NCBI RefSeq assembly: GCF_001457595.1
Contig: NZ_LN831039.1
Location: 1,860,001-1,892,000 of the forward strand
Origin: Mycolicibacterium smegmatis
GTDB taxonomy: Bacteria; Actinomycetota; Actinomycetes; Mycobacteriales; Mycobacteriaceae
Direction of reading: 5' to 3'
Length of the DNA stretch: 32,000 nt
Shown here: one piece after another, positions 10,379 to 19,726 of the stretch
Layout: each line of letters starts with the position of its first letter
Numbering within the stretch: position 1 is the first letter of the stretch
Notes under the pieces: model-generated
Told to the model about the DNA's origin: nothing
The model's database searches: none
Seen by the model: the letters and a program-made list of their open reading frames with translations, nothing else
Program-made: the position numbers and the translations under genes

Positions 10379-11901
10379 GAGGTCCCCGCGATCAGCGCGG
10401 TGAGCTTCGACGGTGAGGTCCCGGCCTCGGCCAGCGCGACGTTGTGGCGGTCACGCATCACTGCGATGCGGGTGGAGATGCGGGTGACCTCGTCGAGCTC
10501 GGCCGAGATGAACACGATCGCCATGCCGTCGCCCGCAAGTTCGGTGACGAGTTTCTGGATCTGGGTCTTGGCGCCCACGTCGATGCCGCGCGTGGGCTCG
10601 TCGAGGATGAACAGGTCCGGTTCGGTGATGAGCCAGCGGGCCAGCAGCACCTTCTGCTGGTTGCCGCCGCTGAGGTTCTTGAGCAGCGTGTCCGGATTTC
10701 GCGGCCGGATGTCAAGGGCGTCGAGGTATTTCGCCACCAACTGGTCCTTGGTCTTCGTCGACAGGGGCCGGGCGAACCCCCGTCGGGCCTGCAGTGCGAG
10801 CACGAGGTTCTCCCGCACGCTGAGATCACCCACCACGCCCTCGTCCTTGCGGTTTTCGGAGGTGAACGCGAAACCGTGTGCGATGGCCGAGCGTGGTGTG
10901 CGCAGCGCGACGCGACGGCCGCGGATCTCGACGTGGCCGGACGTCGCGCGGTCGGCGCCGAACAGCAGCCGTGCCAGTTCGGTTCGCCCGGACCCCAGAA
11001 GGCCTGCCAGACCGAGGATCTCGCCTCGGCCGATGTCGAGGGTGACCGGGTGGACCGCGGGTACGCGTCCCAGAGCGTCGGCGCGGACCAGGGTTTCGCT
11101 CTGGTGCTCGGCCGTCTCGGCTGTCACGTTCGCGGCCTCGGCGACCTCGTCGAGCACGTCGAGCTGGCGTCCCAGCATGGCGGCCACCAGGTCGGATTTC
11201 GGCAGCTCGGCGGTGAGGTACTCGCCGACGAGTTTGCCGTTGCGCAGCACCGTCATCCGGTCGGAGATCGCGTAGATCTGGTCGAGGAAGTGCGAGACGA
11301 ACAGGATCGCGGTGCCGCTGTCACGCAATCGCCGGATGACGCGGAACAGCTCGCCGACCTCGCGGGCGTCGAGACTCGACGTCGGTTCGTCGAGGATGAG
11401 CACCTGCGCGCGCACCGCAGTGGCCCTGGCGATGGCAACCAGCTGCTGGATCGCGATGGGATGTGACCCGAGTTGAGAGCGCGGGTCGATGTCGAGTTCG
11501 AGTTCGGCGAGCAGTTCGCGCGCGCGGCGGTTGAGCGTGCGGTAGTCGATGCGCCCCCAGCGCCTGGGCTCGCGGCCCAGCAGGATGTTCTCGCCCACCG
11601 TGAGATTGGGGCACAGGTTGACCTCCTGGTAGACGGTGCTGATGCCCGCCTCCTGTGCCTGCCGCGGCCCGGCGAAGGTGCACGGTGTGCCCGCGACGAC
11701 GATGGTGCCGTCGTCGATGTCGTACACACCGGTGAGCGCCTTGATCAGGGTGGACTTACCTGCGCCGTTCTCACCCATGAGCGCGTGCACCTCGCCGGGA
11801 AGCAGCCGGAAGTCCACCCCGTCAAGGGCTTTCACGCCGGGGAACTCGATGCTGATCCCACGCATCTCGACGACCGGCTGCACCGCGGTTGGTTCGTTCA
11901 T
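10375..11901 (-). CDS. Sugar ABC transporter ATP-binding protein, two ABC domains (YtfR/RbsA-like)
   Basis: ORF; [55 protein letters not shown]. Confidence 0.92.
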   Translation of the reverse strand: MNEPTAVQPVVEMRGISIEFPGVKALDGVDFRLLPGEVHALMGENGAGKSTLIKALTGVYDIDDGTIVVAGTPCTFAGPRQAQEAGISTVYQEVNLCPNLTVGENILLGREPRRWGRIDYRTLNRRARELLAELELDIDPRSQLGSHPIAIQQLVAIARATAVRAQVLILDEPTSSLDAREVGELFRVIRRLRDSGTAILFVSHFLDQIYAISDRMTVLRNGKLVGEYLTAELPKSDLVAAMLGRQLDVLDEVAEAANVTAETAEHQSETLVRADALGRVPAVHPVTLDIGRGEILGLAGLLGSGRTELARLLFGADRATSGHVEIRGRRVALRTPRSAIAHGFAFTSENRKDEGVVGDLSVRENLVLALQARRGFARPLSTKTKDQLVAKYLDALDIRPRNPDTLLKNLSGGNQQKVLLARWLITEPDLFILDEPTRGIDVGAKTQIQKLVTELAGDGMAIVFISAELDEVTRISTRIAVMRDRHNVALAEAGTSPSKLTALIAGTS

Positions 11902-11905
11902 GCGA

Positions 11906-12892
11906 TCAGTACTGACGGTTCGGCAGAGCGGCCTTGGCCTGCGCCTGGTCGAACGCCTCGTCGGGGGTCACCACGCGCTCCGGCACGGGTTCACCCGCGG
12001 CGACCTTCTTGGCCAGGTCCATCAGCTCGGGCCCGAGCAGGGGATTGCATTCGACGATGTAATTGAACTTGCCGTCGGCGAGGGCCTGCATGCCGTCGTG
12101 CGTCGCGTCGACCGCGACGATCTTGATGTCGGTGCCCGGCTTCTTGCCCGCGGCCTCGATGGCTTCCATCGCGCCGAGGCCCATGTCGTCGTTCTGGGCG
12201 AACACCACGTCGATCTGCGGGGTCGACTTCAGGAACGCCTCCATGACCTGCTTGCCGCCCGAGCGCGTGAAGTCACCGGTCTGCGAGGCCACGATCTTGA
12301 GGTTGGGGTTCTTCGAGATGCCCTCGGCGAAACCGGTTTTGCGGTCGATCGCCGGGTCGGCACCGGTGGTGCCCTCGAGCTGGACGATGTTCACCGGACC
12401 GGTCGCCGACGCGTACTGGTCGGCCACCCACTGACCGGCGCGGCGGCCCTCCTCGATGAAGTCGGCGCCGATGAACGTCTTGTAGACGTCGGTGTCCTGG
12501 GTGTCGACGGCGCGGTCGGTGAGGATCACCGGGATGCCGGCGTTCTTGGTCTCCTGCAGCACCGCGTCCCAGCCCGTGCGCACCACGGGACTGAACGCGA
12601 TCACGTCGACGCCCTGCTGGATGAACGACCGTATCGCCGAGATCTGCTTCTCCTGCTCGCCGTTGGCGTCGGCGAACTTGAGGTTGACGCCCGCCTCTTC
12701 GGCGGCGCTCTTGATCGACTCGGTGTTGGCGGTGCGCCAGCCGCTCTCGGCGCCCACTTGCGCGAAACCGAGTGTGAGGGCGCCGTCGGGCGCGCTCCCA
12801 CCCTCCGACCCCGGTGCCTTGCCGCTGCCGCAGGCGGTCACGGCCGCGGCGACGGCGACAACGCCGATCGCCGCAGCAAACATCTTCCTCAC
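11906..12892 (-). CDS. Sugar ABC transporter substrate-binding lipoprotein (YtfQ-like)
   Basis: ORF from GTG 12892; lipobox VTAC; LGFAQVGAESGWRTANTESIKSAAEEAG typical of YtfQ-type binding proteins; first gene of the operon. Confidence 0.87.
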   Translation of the reverse strand: MRKMFAAAIGVVAVAAAVTACGSGKAPGSEGGSAPDGALTLGFAQVGAESGWRTANTESIKSAAEEAGVNLKFADANGEQEKQISAIRSFIQQGVDVIAFSPVVRTGWDAVLQETKNAGIPVILTDRAVDTQDTDVYKTFIGADFIEEGRRAGQWVADQYASATGPVNIVQLEGTTGADPAIDRKTGFAEGISKNPNLKIVASQTGDFTRSGGKQVMEAFLKSTPQIDVVFAQNDDMGLGAMEAIEAAGKKPGTDIKIVAVDATHDGMQALADGKFNYIVECNPLLGPELMDLAKKVAAGEPVPERVVTPDEAFDQAQAKAALPNRQY

Positions 12893-13017
12893 AAGCCGAC
12901 TCCTTTGTCCGACGGCGCGGCCGGTGGCCGGCCCGTGTTGGTCATGTGCGTGGCGGGTGCCAGGTGCGTGCTCGATGCCACTCGCCTCCGAGGGCTATGA
13001 CGCCGATCACAGGTCGT

Positions 13018-13034
13018 GATGTTAACGCTCACAG
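13018..13034 (+). promoter_or_regulatory. candidate LacI-type operator copy 3 (GATGTTAACGCTCACAG)
   Basis: 16 of 17 nt identical to copy 2; lies in the divergent intergenic region, nearer the minus-strand operon. Confidence 0.65.
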
Positions 13035-13149
13035 AAGCCGTGGTCAAGGGTGCTTGCGGCCCATTTTTCCGTGCGAAAGGGGCGAATGGTCACCAAATAC
13101 TCGCGTGATGGCTCGACCTGGAAGTTACCTGGATTCCGTGATGAACGCG

Positions 13150-13181
13150 TTGACGAACCATAGATGTGATCGTTAACATTC
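13150..13181 (+). promoter_or_regulatory. candidate araB promoter with operator copy 4 (inverted orientation)
   Basis: TTGACG at 13150-13155; operator core TGTGATCGTTAACA at 13165-13178 (reverse complement TGTTAACGATCACA) overlapping the -10 position. Confidence 0.55.
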
Positions 13182-13291
13182 GAGCTTGTGACTCAGACCA
13201 CAGCGTTTCGATCAGGTGGAACGTGGCGACAGGAACCGGTGTTCAGCGGTGTGATCGTCAGGTGCCGGCAAACAGAGCAAAGGGGCCTTCG

Positions 13292-14983
13292 GTGACCCCG
13301 CCCGGCGCGCCGAAGTACGTCATCGGCGTGGATTTCGGCACGCTGTCGGGCCGGGCGCTCGTCGTCCGCGTCGCCGACGGCGCCGAGATGGGCTCGGCCG
13401 AGCACACCTACCGGCACGGTGTCGTCACCGAGGCACTCCCGGGCCATCCCGAGGTGCGACTGCCCGCCGACTACGCGCTGCAGGTGCCCGCCGACTACAT
13501 CGACGTGCTGCGGTTCGCGATCCCGGAGGCCGTGGCCAACGCCGGAATCGATCCGGCCGACGTGGTGGGGCTGGGAACTGATTTCACGGCGTGCACCATG
13601 GTCGCCGCCACCAGTGACGGAACCCCGCTGTGCCAACTCGACGAGTTCGCCGACCGTCCGCACGCGTACGCCAAGCTGTGGCGCCACCACGCCGCGCAAC
13701 CGCAGGCCGACCGCATCAACGCGCTGGCCGCGGCACGCGGTGAGACTTGGCTGCCCCGGTACGGCGGATTGATCTCCAGCGAATGGGAATTCGCCAAGGG
13801 TCTGCAGATCCTGGAGGAGGACCCCGAGATCTACGCCGCGATCGACCGATGGGTCGAAGGTGCGGACTGGATCGTCTGGCAGCTCACCGGCCGCTACGTC
13901 CGCAACATCAGCACCGCGGGATACAAGGCGATCCGCCAGGACGGCAAGTACCCGTCACGCGCGTTCCTCGCCGAACTCAACCCTGGTTTCGCGAGTTTCG
14001 TCGAGGACAAGATCGAACAACCCATCGGCAGGCTCGGTGAGGCGGCGGGCACGCTCACCGCTCAGGCCGCGGCCTGGACCGGCCTGCCCGAGGGCATCGT
14101 GGTCGCCGTCGGGAACATCGACGCCCACGTCACCGCGGCCGCGGCCGACGCCGCGGATCCGGGGCGCCTGATCGCGATCATGGGCACCTCGACGTGCCAC
14201 GTGATGAACGGCCGGTTCCTGCGTGAGGTGCCGGGCATGTGTGGTGTGGTCGACGGTGGCATCACCGACGGCCTGTGGGGCTATGAGGCCGGGCAGTCCG
14301 GGGTCGGCGACATCTTCGCGTGGTTCACGAAAAACTGTGTGCCCAAGGAGATCGCGATCGAGGCGTCGCGGCGGGGCCTGACCCTGCACGAACATCTGTC
14401 GGAGCTCGCGGCCGAGCAGGAGGTCGGCGAGCACGGACTCGTCGCGCTGGACTGGCACAGCGGCAACCGCTCGGTGCTGGTGGACCACCACCTGTCGGGG
14501 ATCATGGTCGGGCAGACGCTCGACACCACGTGCGTCGACCAGTACCGCGCCCTGCTGGAGGCCACCGCGTTCGGCACCCGCATGATCGTCGAGACCTTCC
14601 AGCGCAGCGGCGTTCCGGTCGAGGAACTCGTCGTGGCGGGCGGTCTCATCAAGAACCCGCTCTTGATGCAGATCTATGCCGACGTCACCGGACTCCCGCT
14701 GTCATGCGTGACCTCCACGCAGGCGCCTGCACTCGGCGCGGCGATCCACGCGGCCGCGGCTGCGGGTGAATACCGTGATGTGCCAACGGCATCGGCGCGG
14801 ATGGGCGGGCGCACCAAGAACGCGTTCACGCCGATCCCGGAGAACGTCACGCGCTACAACGCGCTGTACGCGGCCTACGTCGAACTGCACGACTGGTTCG
14901 GGCGCAACAACCCGCTCATGCGGCGCCTGCGGGTGATGCGCAGCAATGCCGAACGCCGCGAGACGGTGGGGTCGGCCCAATGA
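13292..14983 (+). CDS. araB: Ribulokinase
   Basis: FGGY-kinase features KYVIGVDFGTLSGRALVVRVADG, IMGTSTCHVM, VAGGLIKNPLLMQIYADVTG; start reassigned from 13166 to in-frame GTG 13292 because 13166 lies inside the operator. Confidence 0.87.
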   Translation: MTPPGAPKYVIGVDFGTLSGRALVVRVADGAEMGSAEHTYRHGVVTEALPGHPEVRLPADYALQVPADYIDVLRFAIPEAVANAGIDPADVVGLGTDFTACTMVAATSDGTPLCQLDEFADRPHAYAKLWRHHAAQPQADRINALAAARGETWLPRYGGLISSEWEFAKGLQILEEDPEIYAAIDRWVEGADWIVWQLTGRYVRNISTAGYKAIRQDGKYPSRAFLAELNPGFASFVEDKIEQPIGRLGEAAGTLTAQAAAWTGLPEGIVVAVGNIDAHVTAAAADAADPGRLIAIMGTSTCHVMNGRFLREVPGMCGVVDGGITDGLWGYEAGQSGVGDIFAWFTKNCVPKEIAIEASRRGLTLHEHLSELAAEQEVGEHGLVALDWHSGNRSVLVDHHLSGIMVGQTLDTTCVDQYRALLEATAFGTRMIVETFQRSGVPVEELVVAGGLIKNPLLMQIYADVTGLPLSCVTSTQAPALGAAIHAAAAAGEYRDVPTASARMGGRTKNAFTPIPENVTRYNALYAAYVELHDWFGRNNPLMRRLRVMRSNAERRETVGSAQ

Positions 14984-15675
14984 GCGTCACCACCGAGATC
15001 GATGCCGTCATCCGGCAACTGCGCAAGCAGGTATGTGATCTGCACGCCGAGCTGACCCGCTACCAGCTGGTGATCTGGACCGCCGGAAACGTCTCCGCGC
15101 GTGTGCCCGACCGCGACCTGATGATCATCAAACCCTCTGGCGTGGACTACGACTCGATGACGCCCGAGCAGATGGTGGTGTGTGACCTCCACGGTGAACT
15201 CGTCGACGGTGATCTCGCACCGTCGTCGGACACCGCGGCGCATGCCTACGTGTACCGGCACATGCCCGAGGTCGGCGGCGTCGTGCACACCCACTCCACC
15301 TATGCCACGGCGTGGGCGGCGCGCGGCGAGGCGATCCCGTGCGTGCTCACGATGATCGCCGACGAGTTCGGCGGCGACATCCCAGTGGGGCCGTTCGCAC
15401 TGATCGGCGACGACTCGATCGGGCGGGGAATCGTGGAGACCCTGCAGCACAGCAACTCTCGCGCCGTGCTGATGCGCAACCACGGTCCGTTCACGGTCGG
15501 GCGCGATGCGCGCGACGCGGTCAAGGCCGCCGTGATGGTCGAGGACGTCGCGCGCACGGTCCACATCAGCCGCCAACTCGGCACCCCCGATGTGATCCCC
15601 CCGGCCGATGTCCGCCGGCTTTTCGACCGCTATCAGAACGTCTACGGGCAACCGCAGGCCAGTCAGGAAGGGTGA
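14980..15675 (+). CDS. araD: L-ribulose-5-phosphate 4-epimerase (class II aldolase fold)
   Basis: ORF; [50 protein letters not shown]; ATGA overlap with araB. Confidence 0.9.
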   Translation: MSVTTEIDAVIRQLRKQVCDLHAELTRYQLVIWTAGNVSARVPDRDLMIIKPSGVDYDSMTPEQMVVCDLHGELVDGDLAPSSDTAAHAYVYRHMPEVGGVVHTHSTYATAWAARGEAIPCVLTMIADEFGGDIPVGPFALIGDDSIGRGIVETLQHSNSRAVLMRNHGPFTVGRDARDAVKAAVMVEDVARTVHISRQLGTPDVIPPADVRRLFDRYQNVYGQPQASQEG

Positions 15676-17183
15676 CGGTGGCCGAACACTTCACCGATGA
15701 GGAAATCTGGTTCGTCACAGGCAGCCAGTCGTTGTACGGCCAGGAGATCCTGGACCAGGTCGCCGAGCAGTCACGGGCACTGGCCGAACGCCTGGACGCC
15801 AGCGCGGATCTGCCTGTGGCCGTGCGGTGGAAGCCCGTGGTGACCACCAGCGAGGCCATCCTCGACGTCCTGCGCGACGCGAGTTCGTCCCCGCAGTGCG
15901 TCGGCGTGATCACGTGGATGCACACGTTCTCGCCGGCCAAGATGTGGATCCGCGGCCTGAGCGCGCTGCAGAAGCCCATGCTGCACCTGCACACGCAGTT
16001 CGGGGTCGAAATCCCATGGGACACCATCGACATGGATTTCATGAACCTCAACCAGGCCGCACACGGCGACCGCGAGTTCGGGTACATCCAGACCCGGCTT
16101 TCGGTGCCGCGCACCACCGTCGCCGGGCACGTCGGCGACCCGCGCACCACGGCACGCATCGGATCGTGGATGCGCGCGGCGCTCGGGGCGGCCGAGTTGC
16201 GGTCGCTGCGCATCGCGCGTTTCGGCGACAACATGCGTGACGTCGCGGTCACCGAGGGCGACAAGGTCGAGGCCGAATCGCACTTCGGCGTCTCGGTCAA
16301 CACCTACTCGGTGAACGACCTCGCCAAGGCCGTGTACGACGTCAGCGACCCCGAGATCGACAAGCTGGTACAGGAATACGAGGACACCTACGCGGTGGCC
16401 GAGGAACTGCGCCGCGGCGGCGAACGCCACGCGTCGCTGCGCGAAGGCGCCCGCATCGAACTGGGCTTGCGGCACTTCCTGGCCGACGGCTTCGGCGCGT
16501 TCACCACCAACTTCGAGGACCTCGGCGATCTGCGCCAACTGCCCGGCCTGGCCGTGCAGCGGTTGATGGCCGACGGTTTCGGGTTCGGCGCCGAAGGCGA
16601 CTGGAAGACCTCGGCGATGGTGCGCACGGTCAAGACCATGGGTGTGGGCCTGCCCGGTGGCACGTCGTTCATGGAGGACTACACCTACGACCTGACACCG
16701 GGATCCGAACGCATCCTGGGCGCGCACATGCTGGAGGTCTGCCCCAGCATCGCGGGCCAGACGCCCAGCCTGGAAGTCCATCCGCTGGGCATCGGCAACC
16801 GTGAGGACCCGGTCCGTCTGCGCTTCACCGCGGCCCCGGGTTCCGGTGTGGTGCTCGGTATCTGCGACATGGGTTCACGGTTCCGGTTGGTGGCCAACCA
16901 CGTCACGGTCGTCGAACCGTCCGCGCCGCTGCCCAATCTGCCGGTCGCGTGCGCGGTGTGGGAGCCCGAGCCGTCGTGGTCGACGTCGACGGAGGCCTGG
17001 CTCATGGCGGGCGGCCCGCACCACACGGTGCTCACCACGGCCGTCTCGCCGACCACGCTCGACGACTTCGCCACCATCACCGGCACCGAGCTGCTGCAGA
17101 TCGACCAGCACACCACCCCGCGTGAGTTCCAGCGCGAGATGCGCTGGAACGCGGTCTACCACCACATCGCCGCCGGCCTCTAG
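15672..17183 (+). CDS. araA: L-arabinose isomerase
   Basis: Protein starting [33 protein letters not shown], with [19 protein letters not shown] and [11 protein letters not shown]; GTGA overlap with araD; ORF-track start 15312 is an artefactual upstream extension. Confidence 0.93.
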
Positions 17184-17191
17184 GTCTCTGT

Positions 17192-17246
17192 AGGTCACCC
17201 AGCACCGCGAGGTCACCCAGCACCGCGAGGTCACCCCAGCACCGCG
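17192..17246. repeat. Three tandem copies of AGGTCACCCAGCACCGCG
   Basis: 17192-17209 and 17210-17227 identical 18-mers; 17228-17246 same with one extra C. Confidence 0.9.
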
Positions 17247-17301
17247 AGCGTGCGTGTCCGCCGCCCGACACACCGCCCTTCAGTAACACCCCACGCACGC
17301 T
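17247..17301. terminator. Inverted repeat downstream of araA, possible terminator/intergenic palindrome
   Basis: AGCGTGCGTG (17247-17256) / CACGCACGCT (17292-17301), 35-nt loop. Confidence 0.45.
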
Positions 17302-17654
17302 AATGGGATGTGATCGGCGTTTTGTTACCGGGTTTTGTGGGTGTATGGCGAGACGCTGATTGATGAGCGGCTGGCCGGTGAGCACTTGCGCACGCTGGAG
17401 TTGTGGAGTCCTTAAGTTCGTAGTTGCAGTTTCTTCGTGTTGTTGAGGCAGTTACGTTGGGCTGTGACCCGGGTGGGTCGGGTGTGGCTGTGGTGTGTGT
17501 TGCCGGCCCCTTGGTGCGGCTTGAAAGGACTGGCCGCCCGGCCTGCCTGGACTTCTCTGGCTGCTGATTGAGATCTGCGATGTGATCGCTTGTTTAAGGA
17601 AATGCTGGCGGGGTTGTCCTTGGGGATCATGTTGGCAGACAAGCGAAAAGAGGT

Positions 17655-17922
17655 GTGATGGCGGCGGGCCAGGTGTGGGCTGGAGTGGATGTCGGTAAAG
17701 AGCATCACTGGGTATGTGTGGTCGACGACAGCGGGAAGGTGGTGTTGTCGCGCCGGTTGGTTAACGATGAGCAACCGATCCGAGAGCTCGTGGCTGAAAT
17801 CGACGAGCTGGCCGAGCGAGTGTTGTGGGCGGTGGACCTGACCACGGTGTATGCCGCCCTGTTGTTGACGGTGCTGGCCGACGCTGGCAAAACGGTCCGG
17901 TACCTGGCCGGCCGGGCGGTGT
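17655..17922 (+). pseudogene. Truncated IS110-family transposase, N-terminal fragment
   Basis: VWAGVDVGKEHHWVCVVDDSGKVVLSRRLVNDEQPIRELV...AVDLTTVYAALLLTVLADAGKTVRYLAGRAVLN resembles the DEDD N-terminal domain; reading is cut at the IS3 inverted repeat (17923). Confidence 0.8.
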
Positions 17923-17953
17923 TGAATCGCCCTGGGTTCCCCGGAGGCTCGGG

Positions 17954-18268
17954 CTATTGGATTGCGACCAGGTGTTGGTCGCTCCGTTGGGCATCGTAGA
18001 AGACGTCTTCGAACTCTGCGGGCGGGACGTCGTTGAGGTAGCCGTGTAGCCGGTTGGTGTTGTGCCAGTGCACCCAGCCCAGGGTTGCCAGCTCGACGTC
18101 CTCGACGGTCTTCCAGGGGCCGCTGTGGCTCGGTCCGTAGATCAGCTCAGATTTGTAGTAACCGTTCACTGTCTCGGCCAGAGCGTTGTCGAAGCTGTCC
18201 CCAACCGATCCGATAGAGGGGACCGCGCCGATCTCGGCCAGGCGTTCACCGTATCGCAGCGATGTGAA
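17954..18268 (-). pseudogene. IS3-family transposase OrfB, C-terminal part (split by IS30)
   Basis: QFTSLRYGERLAEIGAVPSIGSVGDSFDNALAETVNGYYKSELIYGP...NRLHGYLNDVPPAEFE contains the last catalytic Glu region. Confidence 0.88.
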
Positions 18269-18271
18269 CTG

Positions 18272-19726
18272 GGCGGATTCAATCGGTGGTCGCAACACCG
18301 GCTTGATGAAGTGAGTGTAGGTGTTCGGCGAAGGCTTCCGCGGGAGTGCGCCAGCCGAGGGTTTTCCGCGGCCTGGTGTTGAGGGTATGGGCGATCGCTG
18401 CCACGTCCTCGGCCGACCATCTTGAGAGGTCGGTCCCTTTTGGAAAGTATTGGCGTAACAGGCCATTGGTGTTCTCATTGGTACCGCGCTGCCACGGACT
18501 CTTCGGATCAGCGAAGAACACCTTGACTCCGGAGGCGACCGAGAACTGGGCGTGCGCCGACAGTTCCTTGCCCCGGTCCCAGGTCAACGACCGACGCAGT
18601 TGCGCGGGCAACGTGGTGATCGTCTGTTCCAGAGCGTTGGCCATCGTGATGGCGCCATAGCCGGCCAACGCCGGCCCGTTCTTGGTCCGCGGAATTATCC
18701 CGTAACCAACTTCACGTGGCAGATGGACCAGCATGGTGAACCGGCTGCTGCGCTCGACCAGCGTGCCGATTGCACTGCGCTGCAAGCCAATCAGGAGATC
18801 ACCCTCCCAATGTCCGGGAACAGCGCGATCATCGACCTCGGGTGGGCGTTGGCTGATCAACGTCTCAGGGGTGACATGGGCCCACGCCTTGGACCGCGTT
18901 CGTGCCCGCGGTACCCGCAGTGCCCGGCCTCGGCGCAGGCAGCTGACCAGATCCCGCTTCAGCGCACCGCGAGATTCGACGTACAGCGCTTGATAGATGG
19001 CCTCGTGGCTGATCCGCATAGTCACATCATCGGGGAAGTCCAGCGGGAGCCGTCGAGCGATCTGTTCTGGACTCCATGCCTGCACCCAGGCCCGATCACC
19101 CCGGTGCGGCTTGTTGCGTCCCTTCCACGGGGCGGCGGCGGGACCGACGATGACCTGGCCATCAGCGCCGCGAACGACGCCGGACAGTTTGTCCTGGACG
19201 TACTGACGCAGCCGGTCGTTGCTAACGAGCTTGGCGGTCTTGGGGCGGCGGGCGCGCCGCTCGGCGTGCCACTGCGCAGTGGAGGCCTTATAGTCGAGTC
19301 GATAGGTGCGGGTCGAGGCATTGCGGCGCAACTCCCGTGAGATGGTCGACGGTGCACGCTTGAGCCGCCGGGCGATCTCACGCACCCCGGCGCCCTGGGC
19401 GCGCCACAACGCGATGTTCTCACGTTCATCCGAGGACAGGTAACGTCCCGAAACTGTTTCTGGCAAGCATGGATTCACTCCACCAGCGTGACGGAACCAG
19501 CGGAACCCAACCGGCGACGACACGCCCGCTTCGGCAGCGGCGTCCTCAGTCATAGCCCCCGCAGCGATCGCCGCCCAGAACCTCACCCGATCCTGACGCC
19601 ACGCCACCGACGGCCGACCCGGAGACGGAATCTGTCCCCGATACAACCGAACCGCCCGCTGCCGATCCAACACACCCATTCCACACCTCCATAATCGAGG
19701 TGTTGCGACGATCAGTTGAATCCGCC
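18272..19726 (-). mobile_element. IS30-family insertion sequence, 1455 bp, inserted in IS3 orfB
   Basis: Terminal inverted repeats GGCGGATTCAATCGGTGGTCGCAACACC / GGCGGATTCAACTGATCGTCGCAACACC (24/28); 3-bp target duplication CTG at 18269-18271 and 19727-19729; removing the IS and one CTG restores GSQFTS in OrfB. Confidence 0.93.
18279..19679 (-). CDS. IS30-family transposase
   Basis: YLSSDERENIALWRAQGAGVREIARRLKRAPSTISRELRRN, PGHWEGDLLIG, VKVFFADPKSPWQRGTNENTNGLLRQYFPKGTDL; start at ATG 19679 inside the IS, stop inside the left IR. Confidence 0.92.
   Translation of the reverse strand: MGVLDRQRAVRLYRGQIPSPGRPSVAWRQDRVRFWAAIAAGAMTEDAAAEAGVSSPVGFRWFRHAGGVNPCLPETVSGRYLSSDERENIALWRAQGAGVREIARRLKRAPSTISRELRRNASTRTYRLDYKASTAQWHAERRARRPKTAKLVSNDRLRQYVQDKLSGVVRGADGQVIVGPAAAPWKGRNKPHRGDRAWVQAWSPEQIARRLPLDFPDDVTMRISHEAIYQALYVESRGALKRDLVSCLRRGRALRVPRARTRSKAWAHVTPETLISQRPPEVDDRAVPGHWEGDLLIGLQRSAIGTLVERSSRFTMLVHLPREVGYGIIPRTKNGPALAGYGAITMANALEQTITTLPAQLRRSLTWDRGKELSAHAQFSVASGVKVFFADPKSPWQRGTNENTNGLLRQYFPKGTDLSRWSAEDVAAIAHTLNTRPRKTLGWRTPAEAFAEHLHSLHQAGVATTD

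Noticed and set aside
11636-13000. Long plus-strand ORFs antisense to the ytfQ/ytfR-like genes
   Set aside because: No recognisable domains; explained by GC-rich third-position bias opposite strong coding regions.
15312-17183. 623-aa ORF for arabinose isomerase
   Set aside because: The first 120 aa are a shadow frame of araD. The isomerase begins at GTG 15672 (or 15678).
17412-17774. 120-aa minus-strand ORF upstream of the IS110 fragment
   Set aside because: Overlaps antisense to the real IS110 N-terminus; composition looks like non-coding DNA.
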